This document shows positions 7,574 through 18,103 of a stretch of 45,004 bases of DNA, one piece after another. Each line of letters begins with the position of its first letter. Positions within the stretch are counted from its first letter, which is position 1. Made by a program: the position numbers and the translations under genes. The stretch is from a virus: positions 1 through 45,004 of the IMG/VR virus record IMGVR_UViG_3300045988_058230, one strand, 5' to 3'. Under the pieces are notes generated by a model. The model was not told where the DNA came from. It did no database searches and saw only the letters and a list, made by a program, of their open reading frames with translations.

Positions 7574-8599
7574 ATGGCACAGACTGGCACTTTTGGCGGC
7601 TTCGACTTCGACGTTGAGGTGTTTGGCGACTACATGGCCGAGCAGAACACCATCGACACCAGCATCGAGGCCTCCGGCATCATCAAGGACGACCCCTCCA
7701 TCATGGGCCTGATCGGCGAAAAGGGCAACGTTGCAACCATCCCGTTCCACACCGAGCTGGACGCCACGGCGGATAAGCCCCTGAACAACGACGGCAAGAC
7801 CGACAACACCCCCACTGAGGTCACTGGAAACAAGCAGACCACCATGCTCATCCAGCGCATGAAGGCGTGGAAGTCTCAGGACTTCACCAAAGAGCTGACT
7901 GGCGCAAACCCGATGCAGCACATCGCAAATCAGGTCACACACTACTATCAGCAGGTCTGGCAGAATGTGCTTATGACCATCACGGACGCTGTGCTGTCTA
8001 CTACCGATCTCAAGAAGCACATCTACGACATCACCAAGGTTGGCGATGGCAAAGTTACGCCGGAATCCCTGATCTATGCGCAGGAAGCCGCTTTCGGCGA
8101 CCACGCAATGAGCGGGGGCCTGCTCATCATGCATTCCACTGTCTTTGCAAAGTATCAGGCAGCAAATCTCGTCGAGTTTGAAAAGTACACCACTCCGGGC
8201 GCTCTGTCTCAGGCTTCTCCGCTGGCACGCATCGGTGGGATGGTCGTGATCGTAAACAACGCCGTCACTTCCGCATCCATCACCGATGCTTCCATCAACG
8301 GCGGCAAGGCCACGACTGCATACAAGACCTATGTTCTGGGTGAAGGCTCTTTTGTGGGCTGCCGTAAGACCAACTACGAGAATCCCTACTACACCGACTA
8401 CGACCCTGAAAGCAAGGCCGGCGTCCAGAAGCTGTACACCAAAGAGGGCCGAGTCATTCACCCCAACGGCATGAGCTTCAAGGTGGACAACGTTGCCGAA
8501 GCGTCCCCCAACGACACCGAGCTGAGTGCAAAGGCCAACTGGGAACGCCGCATGAAGCTGGAGAACATCCGCATCGGCCAGATGCTTTCTCTGGGCTAA
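7574..8599 (+). CDS. Major capsid protein.
   Basis: 341 aa, immediately after the scaffold gene. Size and position are typical of a capsid gene. Confidence 0.8.
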   Translation: MAQTGTFGGFDFDVEVFGDYMAEQNTIDTSIEASGIIKDDPSIMGLIGEKGNVATIPFHTELDATADKPLNNDGKTDNTPTEVTGNKQTTMLIQRMKAWKSQDFTKELTGANPMQHIANQVTHYYQQVWQNVLMTITDAVLSTTDLKKHIYDITKVGDGKVTPESLIYAQEAAFGDHAMSGGLLIMHSTVFAKYQAANLVEFEKYTTPGALSQASPLARIGGMVVIVNNAVTSASITDASINGGKATTAYKTYVLGEGSFVGCRKTNYENPYYTDYDPESKAGVQKLYTKEGRVIHPNGMSFKVDNVAEASPNDTELSAKANWERRMKLENIRIGQMLSLG

Positions 8600-8619
8600 A
8601 AATTCGGGGGTGACTTTGC

Positions 8620-9030
8620 ATGACCGTCCCAGAGCTGTGCGTTTACACACACAATTTTTTTGACCGGGCGGACGACCCCGTTGCCGGGGAGTTTGCCTTT
8701 GAGCCGGACACCGTGCCCGCCGGGGTAGTGCCGGGGCAGTATTTCCTTGTGTGCGGATCCATCTTCAATGACGGCGTGCACAAGGCCGGGGACGGCGATC
8801 TGACTGCCGAGACCTTCAACGGCACGGTGCAGCCCATGCGTGTGCCACCTGACTTCGTGGCGCTGGCTGAAAAAATCGACGCATACGACAAGGCGCTCCC
8901 GTCCGGCGGCGTGTATGTATCTCAGTCCTTTGCCGGGTGGTCTGGCACGATGGCCACAGGCACGGACGGGCTGCCCGCAGACGGCAAGACCCGCTACAAA
9001 TCCGAGATCAACCAGTGGAGGAAGATGTGA
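8620..9030 (+). CDS. Hypothetical head-completion / connector-module protein.
   Basis: 136-aa ORF between the capsid and adaptor genes. The function is assigned from position only. Confidence 0.5.
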   Translation: MTVPELCVYTHNFFDRADDPVAGEFAFEPDTVPAGVVPGQYFLVCGSIFNDGVHKAGDGDLTAETFNGTVQPMRVPPDFVALAEKIDAYDKALPSGGVYVSQSFAGWSGTMATGTDGLPADGKTRYKSEINQWRKM

Positions 9031-9031
9031 C

Positions 9032-9400
9032 ATGGTCAATCCGTTCGCTGCATCCACCGTGATGCAGAGCTTTACCAAAAAATACCGTTTTCAGACCCGC
9101 AGCTATGAGCCGGACGGCGTGGGCGGCTTTGTGTCCGGCTGGACGGACGGCCCGGAGTTTGAGGCCGTGGAACGCCACGATACCACCGTGGAAGCACAGG
9201 TGGCAGAGCAGGCTGACACCGCATCTACCTATACCCTGCTGGTCAACACCGGCGTTCCGCTGGCTTTCCCGGACTACATCCGCCGGGTAAGCGATGGCCA
9301 GACTTTTCAAGTCACCAGCACGGCAGATGAGGGCAAAGCCCCGCCGGAATCCGGAATGGGACTGCGGGCCGTCAAGTGCAAAAAGGCGGTGCTGCCGTAA
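9032..9400 (+). CDS. Head-tail adaptor / head closure protein (putative).
   Basis: ORF 8840..9400 was trimmed to the ATG at 9032 (MVNPFAAS..). It is 122 aa, and its size and position match gp16/gp9-like adaptors. Confidence 0.55.
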   Translation: MVNPFAASTVMQSFTKKYRFQTRSYEPDGVGGFVSGWTDGPEFEAVERHDTTVEAQVAEQADTASTYTLLVNTGVPLAFPDYIRRVSDGQTFQVTSTADEGKAPPESGMGLRAVKCKKAVLP

Positions 9401-9777
9401 TGGGACCATCTGAGAGCATCAACCGGGCGCTGAACACTTTTTTCAACGGCTTTGGCATCCCGGGTTATCTGGAAGATAACATTCCTCCTGCCGCTTCACT
9501 GCCCTATCTGACCTACAAGCCCACCATCCCCGGCGGGTGGAACGAAATGGCATCCTTCCACGCCCGGCTGTGGTACCCAAGCAAGGGCGGCAGGGCCCCC
9601 ATTCTGCAAATCGAAGATACGATCAGCGCAGCCCTCGCAAATGGCTTGACCATCCAATGCGAGGGCGGCGCTATTCTTTTGCAAAAAGGCACCCCGTGGG
9701 CACAGCCCCTCGACAACCCGCCTGAAGGGTATCTGTGCGAATATCTCAATTTTGAAATCACGCAATTTTGCGAGTAA
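9400..9777 (+). CDS. Neck / tail-completion protein (putative).
   Basis: Start at ATG 9400, overlapping the previous stop (TAATG). It is 125 aa and lies upstream of the major tail protein. Confidence 0.5.
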   Translation: MGPSESINRALNTFFNGFGIPGYLEDNIPPAASLPYLTYKPTIPGGWNEMASFHARLWYPSKGGRAPILQIEDTISAALANGLTIQCEGGAILLQKGTPWAQPLDNPPEGYLCEYLNFEITQFCE

Positions 9778-9785
9778 GGAGCAAT

Positions 9786-10361
9786 ATGGCAAGAAAATTT
9801 TCCAAAATTTCGCAGGAAGCGTTCAAGTCCATGCAGTTCAATGCCGGAATCGTGGTCAACAAGTTTGACCCGTCCGGCACGACTGAGATCCAGGATGCAG
9901 ACATTATCACGGCCACCACCGGCGGCATCACTGCGACCTGCAAGGCAAACTTCACCGATCTGGGCGAGGACGTGGACAACGCCCAGAAGAACACCGCGGA
10001 GCTGATGCAGATCGAGGACTACGACTGCACGCTGGCCTTTACGGCCCTGAATGCCACAACGGACGTCATCAAGCTAGCCCTTGGCGCAGCCGATGTGGCA
10101 GAAAAGAAGGTCACGCCCCGCATGACGCTGGATCCCACGGAAAGCACCGGCGACTTTAAGGACATCTGGTGGGTCGGTGACACCATTGACGGTGGCTATG
10201 TGGCTGTACGTCTGATGAACGCACTCTCCACCGGCGGTTTGACCCTGAAGACGACCGACAAGGGCAAGGGCAACATTGCGGTCACCCTGACCGGCTGCCC
10301 CCGTCTGGGTAGCGACGTGGTGCCCATGGAGTGGTACTACAGCCCCAAGGCCGCAGCATAA
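9786..10361 (+). CDS. Major tail protein (putative).
   Basis: ATG at 9786 behind AAGGAG; 191 aa. It directly precedes the chaperone pair and the tape measure gene. Confidence 0.65.
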   Translation: MARKFSKISQEAFKSMQFNAGIVVNKFDPSGTTEIQDADIITATTGGITATCKANFTDLGEDVDNAQKNTAELMQIEDYDCTLAFTALNATTDVIKLALGAADVAEKKVTPRMTLDPTESTGDFKDIWWVGDTIDGGYVAVRLMNALSTGGLTLKTTDKGKGNIAVTLTGCPRLGSDVVPMEWYYSPKAAA

Positions 10362-10373
10362 GGAGGACACCGT

Positions 10374-10778
10374 ATGAAATTTTTGACAGAGCTGCCCGAT
10401 GAAGATTTTCTGCGCCACTGCTGGCAGATCGCCGATGTGGCAGAGGAGGTCTTGGAAAAATCCAAGATCATGGAGCTGCGCAAGGTTCTGCCGGTCCTGA
10501 CCGGCGATGAAACGCCGGAGGAGCTGGAACAGAAGAAGAAGGAACAGGCAAAAAAGAACATTCAGGCTATGGCAAAAAGCTTGCTGTTCGACAATGCCGC
10601 TGCCACCGCAAAGCTGCTTCCGCTGCTCTATGAGCCGGACGTGGATGAAAACGGGGTGGTTGAAAACATCGGCCCGTTCAAGAAGATGCGCGCGGTGAAA
10701 GAACTGCTGAACAACGATGATGTAATGGATTTTTTGCTCTGGTGTCTGCCGTTGGTGCTGGCGGGTACAGACGCCTGA
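10374..10778 (+). CDS. Tail assembly chaperone (gpG-like).
   Basis: 134-aa acidic protein upstream of the tape measure gene. It contains the slippery site T-TTT-TTG at 10730..10736. Confidence 0.7.
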   Translation: MKFLTELPDEDFLRHCWQIADVAEEVLEKSKIMELRKVLPVLTGDETPEELEQKKKEQAKKNIQAMAKSLLFDNAAATAKLLPLLYEPDVDENGVVENIGPFKKMRAVKELLNNDDVMDFLLWCLPLVLAGTDA

Positions 10779-11044
10779 TTTCTTCCATCAGCCCGGACGC
10801 GCTGCGGCTGTTTGGCAGGCCGTACATTTTGCAGCACTGCCTGAACGCTTTGCGGCAAGAGCGCATCACGCTCAGCTATCAGGCGTACATGACGGACGCT
10901 CTGGCGCACCTTATAGGCGCGGAAGAACGGTGGTACGACATGGTGGCCGGGCTTGTGGAAAACCGCCCACAGCCGCCGCAGCCGTCCGCTGATGAAGTGA
11001 TAGCACGCATTAAAAATGGCTTGAACGGGGGTGATGGAACCTGA
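10730..11044 (+). CDS. -1 frame extension of the tail chaperone (gpGT-like fusion made by programmed frameshifting).
   Basis: The -1 frame is open from the slippery heptamer at 10730 through 11044. This is the classic G/GT arrangement before the tape measure gene. Confidence 0.6.
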   Translation, partial: FFALVSAVGAGGYRRLISSISPDALRLFGRPYILQHCLNALRQERITLSYQAYMTDALAHLIGAEERWYDMVAGLVENRPQPPQPSADEVIARIKNGLNGGDGT

Positions 11045-11055
11045 AACTTTTTGAA

Positions 11056-13827
11056 TTGAGCGCCACCCTCGGGCTGGACGACAGCGCCTACCGGCAGGGC
11101 GTGGAAGAGGCGAAGTCTCAGACTAAGGCCGCTGTCTCCACCATGATGAAGGATTATAACCGGCTGTACAGTGAGGTCATTCACCTTACGGCAGCCTACC
11201 AGAAATCACGGAAAGAGACCGGGGAAACCTCCGAAAAAACTAAGGAATTTGCCCAGAAGCTGAAAGAAGCTCAGGCCCAACTCAATACCACGGCACAGGG
11301 GCTAAAGACTGCGGAAGGGTACATGAACAGCTTTGGGGACGCCGCATCGGGGTCCAGCAAGTCTCTGGCCGGTGCTATTGCACAAGGCACGGTCATGGCG
11401 AACGTCTTCTCGAAGCTCGGCTCCGCTGCACTCAGTGCCGCAGAGGGGTTCATCTCTTCCGGCATCGAGTACAACGCCCAGATCGAGAAATACACCACCG
11501 GCTTTACCAATATGCTGGGCAGCGCGGAAGCCGCACAGCAGGTCATGAGCCAGATCCAGGAAGATGCGGCAAAAACCCCGTTTGATGTCGAGTCCCTGAC
11601 AAAGGCAAACCAATACTTGATCTCTGCAGGCGAGAACGCTTCCTATGCCCGCAGTACCATCATGGCACTGGGTGACGCGGTCTCTGCGACCGGTGGCGGC
11701 AACGACGAGCTGAACCGCATGTCCCAGAACCTGCAGCAGATCGCCAACACCGGCAAGGCTACAACGGCCGATATCAAGCAGTTTGCTTATGCCGGCATCG
11801 ACGTGTATGGCATTCTGGCCGACTACACAGGCAAGTCCACCGCCGAAGTGCAAAACATGACCATCAGCTACGACCTTCTGACCCAGGCCCTGCAGGCAGC
11901 TTCCGAAGAAGGTGGACGCTACTACGGCAGCATGGACACCCAGAGCCAGACCATGAATGGCCGCGTGTCTACCCTGCAGGACAATGTAAAGCAGCTGGCG
12001 GGATTGCTGACCGGCGATTTGTCCAGCGGCGTCGGCGTGGTGATCTCCAATCTCAACGATCTTGTGGTCAAGGCACAAGAAGCCTACAAAACCGACGGCT
12101 GGATTGGTCTTGCAGGCGCAATTACCGGGTTGAGCGGCCCGATTTCGTCCGTCAAATCCTGGTTTGAGGGCTTTGCATCCAGTGCATCCACCTGGCTGGA
12201 CAAGCTGAGCTATAAGCTCAACCGCTTTCTGGGAAAAGCGGCTACGGCGGATTACGACACATACGAGGAGTATGCAGACGCAAACCTCCGCCAAAGAAAC
12301 CGTGACCGCTTACGGCAGCAAGCTCTTGCAGGCGTTGGCGTCAGCAACAAGAGCTGGTCCCAGCGTCAGGCGGAGTTGGCGGCAGCCAATGGCAGCGGTG
12401 GCAGCTCTATCGTCACCACAGGAGGCGGCAGCGGCTCTTCCGGCAGAAAAAAATCCGGCTCCAAGTCCACCACCGAAACGGTCATTTCGTCCATCTCCAG
12501 CACGGCTACCACCACCGCACAGAATGCGCTGGGTACCGTGACCACCAGCATCCAGACCCTTACCGAAAAGGTCAAGGACAGCTCCGGCAAGATCAAAGAC
12601 CGCATCACCGAGACCACCACCACGACCGGCAATGAGATGGTGAACGGCGTCGCCACTACCTTTAAGCAGGTCGAGACCAAAGTCAACGGCACGGTCACAA
12701 AGGTCACAAAGACCTATGACGACATGTCAAAAACGCTGCTGGGCACCTTTACCAACGTCTCGGAAACCACCTTTGACGGCATCACCACAAAGGTGCAGCA
12801 GGCGGTGGAAAAGTACGCGGACGGCAGCGAGCATATCAAGAAGACCGTCACAGAGACCGGCCAGCGCGTCGGCGAGAACGGCGCGGAGACCTACGAGAAG
12901 ATCATCACCTACATCGACGGCATTCAAGACAAGGTGACGGAGACCTCTACTCTCATCGACAAGAGCGTAAAGGGCACCCAGAGCCGCATTGACCAGCAGC
13001 TGAGCGAGGCTTCTGGCCAGCTGGATAAGGGCATTTTCGGGCTGGTAAAAAGCGCCTTTAGCGACGCCAAAAACGGCGACTGGGGCGGTCTAGCTCTGGA
13101 TTTTGTCAATCTGATCTGGGGCGAAGTATCGCAGGATCAGCGTGACGTGATCTCTAAGTGGCTTGCGGACGCGCTGACCGCGGTCAATGAGGGCTATTCG
13201 GGCGGTGGAATCAGCAAGGCGCTGGGGTCTATCCAGAGCATTTTCACAAACGGCATTACTGCCGGAGTGGATGGCGCCACTACGTCTGTAAAGGCGTTCT
13301 CTGAGATCGTGCAGGGCCTTGCAAGCTCCGGCGGCGTGGGCGGAGCACTAGGCAGCATCGTCCAGAGCTTTTCCGGCATGGCAGGCGGCATCACCTCTGC
13401 ACTGGGCGGCATCGTGTCCTTTGTGGCAGCGAACCCAGTCCTTGCCCTGATCCTGGGCGTGGGTGCTGCGGGCGCAGTCGCTGGCGGCATCGGCCTTGCC
13501 ATGTGGATGAACAAGAAGAACGACCAGCAGCCCGTCAGCCACTACCAGAGCCCCTTTGACAAGACCAGCGTGTATGACAGTCTGGGCACCTTCTCCACCC
13601 GCGCGGCCCTGCAGTACCGCGTTACCGGCCAGCAGTCCATTGTTGACCGGCAGACCAGCATTCTGGAACGCATCGAAGGGATGCTGAACGAGCATCTGCC
13701 AGACATCGGCAAGGGTCAGGTGGTCATGGATTCCGGTGAGCTGGTGGGCGTTATTTCGCCTAGGATGGCACAAAATGTTGACGCGCGCATTGGTGTGACC
13801 GTGACACGGAAAGCGAGGGGCGTGTAA
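11056..13827 (+). CDS. Tail tape measure protein.
   Basis: 923 aa, with a coiled-coil N-terminus, Thr/Gly-rich central segments and a C-terminal hydrophobic stretch. Its position after the chaperones is typical. Confidence 0.9.
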   Translation: MSATLGLDDSAYRQGVEEAKSQTKAAVSTMMKDYNRLYSEVIHLTAAYQKSRKETGETSEKTKEFAQKLKEAQAQLNTTAQGLKTAEGYMNSFGDAASGSSKSLAGAIAQGTVMANVFSKLGSAALSAAEGFISSGIEYNAQIEKYTTGFTNMLGSAEAAQQVMSQIQEDAAKTPFDVESLTKANQYLISAGENASYARSTIMALGDAVSATGGGNDELNRMSQNLQQIANTGKATTADIKQFAYAGIDVYGILADYTGKSTAEVQNMTISYDLLTQALQAASEEGGRYYGSMDTQSQTMNGRVSTLQDNVKQLAGLLTGDLSSGVGVVISNLNDLVVKAQEAYKTDGWIGLAGAITGLSGPISSVKSWFEGFASSASTWLDKLSYKLNRFLGKAATADYDTYEEYADANLRQRNRDRLRQQALAGVGVSNKSWSQRQAELAAANGSGGSSIVTTGGGSGSSGRKKSGSKSTTETVISSISSTATTTAQNALGTVTTSIQTLTEKVKDSSGKIKDRITETTTTTGNEMVNGVATTFKQVETKVNGTVTKVTKTYDDMSKTLLGTFTNVSETTFDGITTKVQQAVEKYADGSEHIKKTVTETGQRVGENGAETYEKIITYIDGIQDKVTETSTLIDKSVKGTQSRIDQQLSEASGQLDKGIFGLVKSAFSDAKNGDWGGLALDFVNLIWGEVSQDQRDVISKWLADALTAVNEGYSGGGISKALGSIQSIFTNGITAGVDGATTSVKAFSEIVQGLASSGGVGGALGSIVQSFSGMAGGITSALGGIVSFVAANPVLALILGVGAAGAVAGGIGLAMWMNKKNDQQPVSHYQSPFDKTSVYDSLGTFSTRAALQYRVTGQQSIVDRQTSILERIEGMLNEHLPDIGKGQVVMDSGELVGVISPRMAQNVDARIGVTVTRKARGV

Positions 13828-14567
13828 TGGCAAAACTTCTGGGCGCAAAAATCGGCGATTACCACACCCTGACAGACTGGGGTCTGTATCTCAAAGTTGG
13901 CAGCCCAAAGATCAGCGATGCAGAGGTAGACGAGTATCTGGTGCAGGTGCCCGGCTCTGATACGCTGCTCAACCTGACGGATGCACTGGATGGCCGCCCG
14001 CACTACAAAAAGCGTACCATCACCATGGAGCTGCTGTGCAGGGCACCAAAAAAGACCTGGTCGAATCTTTACAGTCAGATCGCAAACGCCATCCATGGCA
14101 AATGGCTACAGTGCAAATTCGACGATGACCCGTCTTTCTATTGGGAGGGGCTGTGGAGCGTGTCTATGACACGCAACAGGTTTTCCAGTGCATTCACCAT
14201 CACGGGCACCTGTGATCCATTCAAGCGCAGCGTGTACGACGGCTCTGATGACTGGCTGTGGGATGACCTTGTATTTGATACGGCAATTATCCGCAATTAT
14301 ACGGATATCCAGCTCAAAGCCAACAAGGACATCACCGTAACCGTCACCGGTGCACCAAGAGCGTCCGGCATCTACTTCAAGCGCAGCGAGACCGCCGCCG
14401 ACATTGCGGTGTCTCTCAATGGCCTTGAGGTTGGCATCCTTGCAAAGTCTACAGAGTGGCAGTACATTGAGGGCTTGCATATGCCGGATGGCGTTGTAGG
14501 TACTCTCATCTTTGCGGCGTCTGCGGATTGCAGCATCAGCATCCGATATCTAGGGGGCAGCTTATGA
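13827..14567 (+). CDS. Distal tail protein (Dit-like).
   Basis: 246 aa, translationally coupled to the tape measure gene (TAATG). Confidence 0.6.
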   Translation: MAKLLGAKIGDYHTLTDWGLYLKVGSPKISDAEVDEYLVQVPGSDTLLNLTDALDGRPHYKKRTITMELLCRAPKKTWSNLYSQIANAIHGKWLQCKFDDDPSFYWEGLWSVSMTRNRFSSAFTITGTCDPFKRSVYDGSDDWLWDDLVFDTAIIRNYTDIQLKANKDITVTVTGAPRASGIYFKRSETAADIAVSLNGLEVGILAKSTEWQYIEGLHMPDGVVGTLIFAASADCSISIRYLGGSL

Positions 14568-16237
14568 GCTATAAAGTTTATGCAGGCGTCCAGACCGGCG
14601 TTGACGTGTGGGAGACAAAGGCCTGCATTTACGACCCGGCAGACTACACGGACACAAAAAAGCTCATCAGTCCAACTCTGACACGGGAGGTGGGCAAGGC
14701 CGGAAGCTTGGAATTCACCCTGCCGCTTGGCAATGTGGCTCACTCAGCTTTGCAAAAAATGCGCACGACCGTGTCCGTAGAACAAGACGGTGCGCGCATC
14801 TGGGAGGGCAGGCCCATGAGCCATGAGCAGGATTTTATGCTGCGTCAAAAAGTCTTTTGCGAGGGAGAGCTGGCCTACCTCAACGACAGCTCCGTTGCGC
14901 CATATACAGCCAAAGACGTGACGATCAAGCAATTTCTTTCGTTCCTGCTGGAAAATCATACCGGCATGGTGGACGCATACAAGGCGTTTACCTGTGGAAA
15001 TGTTGGCTTTCCGAGCACCAGCGTGGTGGTTCCAGAACTGCATAACTGCGTGATGAAACTAGACTACATGGCAGGTACTCCGGACAGTGACGGCGATTAT
15101 AGGTATGAATATGGACTTTATACCTCATCCGGCGTTCAGCTTGTGAGCCAATATGAAGTCGGCTACTCGGATGACGACACGGCCCCGGATCCATCTGCGT
15201 ACAGATGGACGCTGAACGTAAAGTATGAAGCCTCTTCCATTGACGGACACATTTGGCGCACTGGAGAAGGCCTTTTTTCCGTGAGCGTAAACGTGGCTTT
15301 ATCCTTGGATGGGGACGGCCAGACGCACGAAGCCACGCAAAGAACGGTTACGCCGGATATCACATGTGCTACGCACTCAAAATCATTTCCGCCTGAGACG
15401 GAATACAATCTCAAAGACACGGTCTCAAAAAAATGGAAAATTGAAAAGCAGGGAGACGGTTATGCTGTCCTGTTCAACGGTGCAGCCCTGCCGGATTCTT
15501 CCGTGGTCCGTTACGATTCTGCGCCACGGTACACCTTTGGCGACGGACAAAATTTTGGCGTTACATGGGATGTCATCCAAAATGAGCTTGTGGAAGTGTA
15601 CGGCGGGTATCTGATCATCCGGCACGAAAACGGGGCCAGGTATCTGGACTACGTCCGGGAAGTGCAGGAGAAAAACGGGCAGCCCATCGCATTCGGCACA
15701 AACCTGCTCGACCTGAACAGCTACGTCAAAGCAGAGGATATCGTTACCCGTGTGATTGCAGTGGGCAAAAAAAAGTCCGGATGGTTTTTGTGGAGGCACG
15801 AAAGCACGATCACCGCCACCGCAAACGACGCTGCGGCTCAAAAGCTCTTTGGCATCATCACAAGGATCATCGTGATCGACGGCACCGCCAGCACAACACA
15901 GTCGCTTCTGGATGCCGCCAACGCGGAGCTGTCCAAAAACTTGCGTTATCTCGACGGAATCACGGTAAAGGCTGTGGACCTCAAGGATGCCGGTGTGGAT
16001 ATCGCCCGCCTTGGCTTTGGCAAGATGACACACATCTACTCCAACCCGCACGGGGTGAACACCTGGCTTTTGTGTTCTAAGATTGTGGAGCCTTTGGACG
16101 CGCCGGACAAAAAAGAATTCACGCTGGGCATTGATTTCTCCAGCGTCAGCGACTTGCAGGCCCTGAGCGCACGAAAAGCCAGTGACGCCTATGACCTGAG
16201 CCGCTCGCTGAAGGGCTATGCATCCGCAAAGGGGTGA
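14564..16237 (+). CDS. Tail-associated / baseplate hub protein (Tal-like).
   Basis: ORF trimmed to the ATG at 14564 behind AGGGGG; 557 aa. It follows the Dit-like gene. Confidence 0.6.
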   Translation: MSYKVYAGVQTGVDVWETKACIYDPADYTDTKKLISPTLTREVGKAGSLEFTLPLGNVAHSALQKMRTTVSVEQDGARIWEGRPMSHEQDFMLRQKVFCEGELAYLNDSSVAPYTAKDVTIKQFLSFLLENHTGMVDAYKAFTCGNVGFPSTSVVVPELHNCVMKLDYMAGTPDSDGDYRYEYGLYTSSGVQLVSQYEVGYSDDDTAPDPSAYRWTLNVKYEASSIDGHIWRTGEGLFSVSVNVALSLDGDGQTHEATQRTVTPDITCATHSKSFPPETEYNLKDTVSKKWKIEKQGDGYAVLFNGAALPDSSVVRYDSAPRYTFGDGQNFGVTWDVIQNELVEVYGGYLIIRHENGARYLDYVREVQEKNGQPIAFGTNLLDLNSYVKAEDIVTRVIAVGKKKSGWFLWRHESTITATANDAAAQKLFGIITRIIVIDGTASTTQSLLDAANAELSKNLRYLDGITVKAVDLKDAGVDIARLGFGKMTHIYSNPHGVNTWLLCSKIVEPLDAPDKKEFTLGIDFSSVSDLQALSARKASDAYDLSRSLKGYASAKG

Positions 16238-16241
16238 TAAA

Positions 16242-16931
16242 TTGGATAAGACATTTGACGAAGCAATTTCCGAAGTCCGCAATGCAGAGCGCGGCGTGGA
16301 AGTACGGGAAGCCCTTGCACAGGGCTTTGAGTATGTGAAGCAGTATGGCGAGGCTGTTATCGCGCGGCAGGAAGAAGCCGTTCAGAGTGCGGAAACAGCT
16401 ACAAACGCGGCGGCAACTGCCACAGCACAGGCCGCCGCAGCAGCCCAGACAGTCAAAGACGCCACTGCAAACGCCATAAGCGCAGCGCAAGAGCAGGCAG
16501 GTATTTCGACATCGAAAGCCGAGGAATCTGCTTCCAGTGCCGCAGGAGCAGCGGCCAGTCAAACTGCTGCCGCATCTAGTGCATCTGCCGCAAAGGCCAG
16601 CGAGGAAGCAGCTGCAAAGAGTGCCGCCGACGCAAAGGTTATCGTGTCCACTGACACGACCCTGACCGTATCTGGTGCACCGGCTGACGCAAAGGCGACC
16701 GGCGACGCCCTGGATCAGAGGTATAGAAAGGACGAGGTCGATGCCAAATTTGGCACGCCTGCCACGCCTGACAAGCTAGGCCCCGTAAAAGTTGGCGCTG
16801 GCCTCGGCGTGACAAACGACGGCACCCTGAGCGTGACCAGCGTCAACGGCTTTACGGTCAAGGCGCAGACCACCGACCCCGGCGTGGGCAGCCCTCTCGA
16901 CACAGGCACTGTCCTGCTGGTGTACGCATAA
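16242..16931 (+). CDS. Tail fibre / upper baseplate-like protein with an Ala-rich coiled coil.
   Basis: Probable TTG start at 16242 behind AAGGGG. The N-terminal motif VRNAERGVEVREALAQGFE resembles the N-termini of siphovirus fibre proteins. Confidence 0.5.
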   Translation: MDKTFDEAISEVRNAERGVEVREALAQGFEYVKQYGEAVIARQEEAVQSAETATNAAATATAQAAAAAQTVKDATANAISAAQEQAGISTSKAEESASSAAGAAASQTAAASSASAAKASEEAAAKSAADAKVIVSTDTTLTVSGAPADAKATGDALDQRYRKDEVDAKFGTPATPDKLGPVKVGAGLGVTNDGTLSVTSVNGFTVKAQTTDPGVGSPLDTGTVLLVYA

Positions 16932-16943
16932 GGAGGTGGGCGC

Positions 16944-17753
16944 ATGAGCATCTATCTCGGTGCCGGGAGCACGGCACACAAAATGTCCAAACTCTATGTG
17001 GGCGTGGGCGGTCAGGCCCGGCAGGTGCAAAAGGTGTACGTCGGCATAAATGGTCAAGCCCGGCTCGTCTATCAAAGCGGCAGCCCCATAGGCAGTCTGG
17101 CCGTGGGCAGCATCGTTAAAATCAAAGTAAATGGTACATCCACGGACTTCATTGCTGTTCATCAAGGTAACCCGAGCACAAGCGTTTACGACAACTCGTG
17201 CAATGGAACGTGGCTGCTGATGAAAGACAGCTACAACTATATGAAGTGGAACTCAACCGGCGAAAACGACTACGCGAGTTCAGATATCAACTCTTGGCTG
17301 AACGGCACGTTCTATAACCTTATCGACGTGGATATTCGCGCCGTGATCAAACAGGTAAAGATTCCGTATCACGGTAGTCCACTTTACGACGGCACACTTC
17401 ACACCGGCGCAAACGGTCTGAACACGAAGGTGTTCCTGCTGTCCGGCATCGAGGTTGGTTGGACGAACAGAACCAACGAATATTTCCCCAATGATGGCGT
17501 TAAACTGTCCTATTTTCTCGCTGGCACCGGAACAAATGAGAATAAAAAGCGCGTTGCCTATCGGAACGGCAGTGCTCAAGACTGGTATCTGCGTTCCCCA
17601 CGCATCATAAACACGAGCGCGAACAATGTCTGGAAAGTCGCGGACAATGGCTCCTACGACTACGACAATTGCGTCAACTCGAACGATATTCGCCCCGCTT
17701 TGATCATGCCGTCCACCACGCTGGTGGATGGGGATGGCAACGTGATGGTATAA
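16944..17753 (+). CDS. Putative receptor-binding / fibre-tip protein.
   Basis: 269 aa behind AAGGAGG. The N-terminus reads KLYVGVGGQARQVQKVYVG, followed by an Asn/Trp-rich globular part. It may be DUF6273-like, based on memory only. Confidence 0.5.
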   Translation: MSIYLGAGSTAHKMSKLYVGVGGQARQVQKVYVGINGQARLVYQSGSPIGSLAVGSIVKIKVNGTSTDFIAVHQGNPSTSVYDNSCNGTWLLMKDSYNYMKWNSTGENDYASSDINSWLNGTFYNLIDVDIRAVIKQVKIPYHGSPLYDGTLHTGANGLNTKVFLLSGIEVGWTNRTNEYFPNDGVKLSYFLAGTGTNENKKRVAYRNGSAQDWYLRSPRIINTSANNVWKVADNGSYDYDNCVNSNDIRPALIMPSTTLVDGDGNVMV

Positions 17754-17764
17754 GGAGGTACTGT

Positions 17765-18103
17765 ATGGACAACAAAATTGAGCCCGGTTACACCGCTCCG
17801 GCGGCAAAAGCCGATTACACCGCCATTGCGCAGGCCGTGAGCGAGCACAACGATGCCGCAGCAACCGGCGAGCACTACTGGGGCATCGCCCTGGCAGACG
17901 GCACCTACATGGTGTACGAGGCGGGCACGGTACCACCCCCGCCGACCGCCGAAGAGCTGGCCCAGCGTGAAAAGGAAAAGCAGGAAGCCCAGCAGCGGAA
18001 GGAAGCGCTGGACAAGCTGCCTCAGACGTTGGAAGCGCAGAAAAAAGAAAATGAGATGCTTCGGCAGTGCTTGCTGGAAATGAGCGAGACTGTCTATGCA
18101 TAA
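17765..18103 (+). CDS. Hypothetical fibre-associated protein.
   Basis: ATG at 17765 behind AAGGAGG; 112 aa with a C-terminal coiled coil. Confidence 0.55.
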   Translation: MDNKIEPGYTAPAAKADYTAIAQAVSEHNDAAATGEHYWGIALADGTYMVYEAGTVPPPPTAEELAQREKEKQEAQQRKEALDKLPQTLEAQKKENEMLRQCLLEMSETVYA

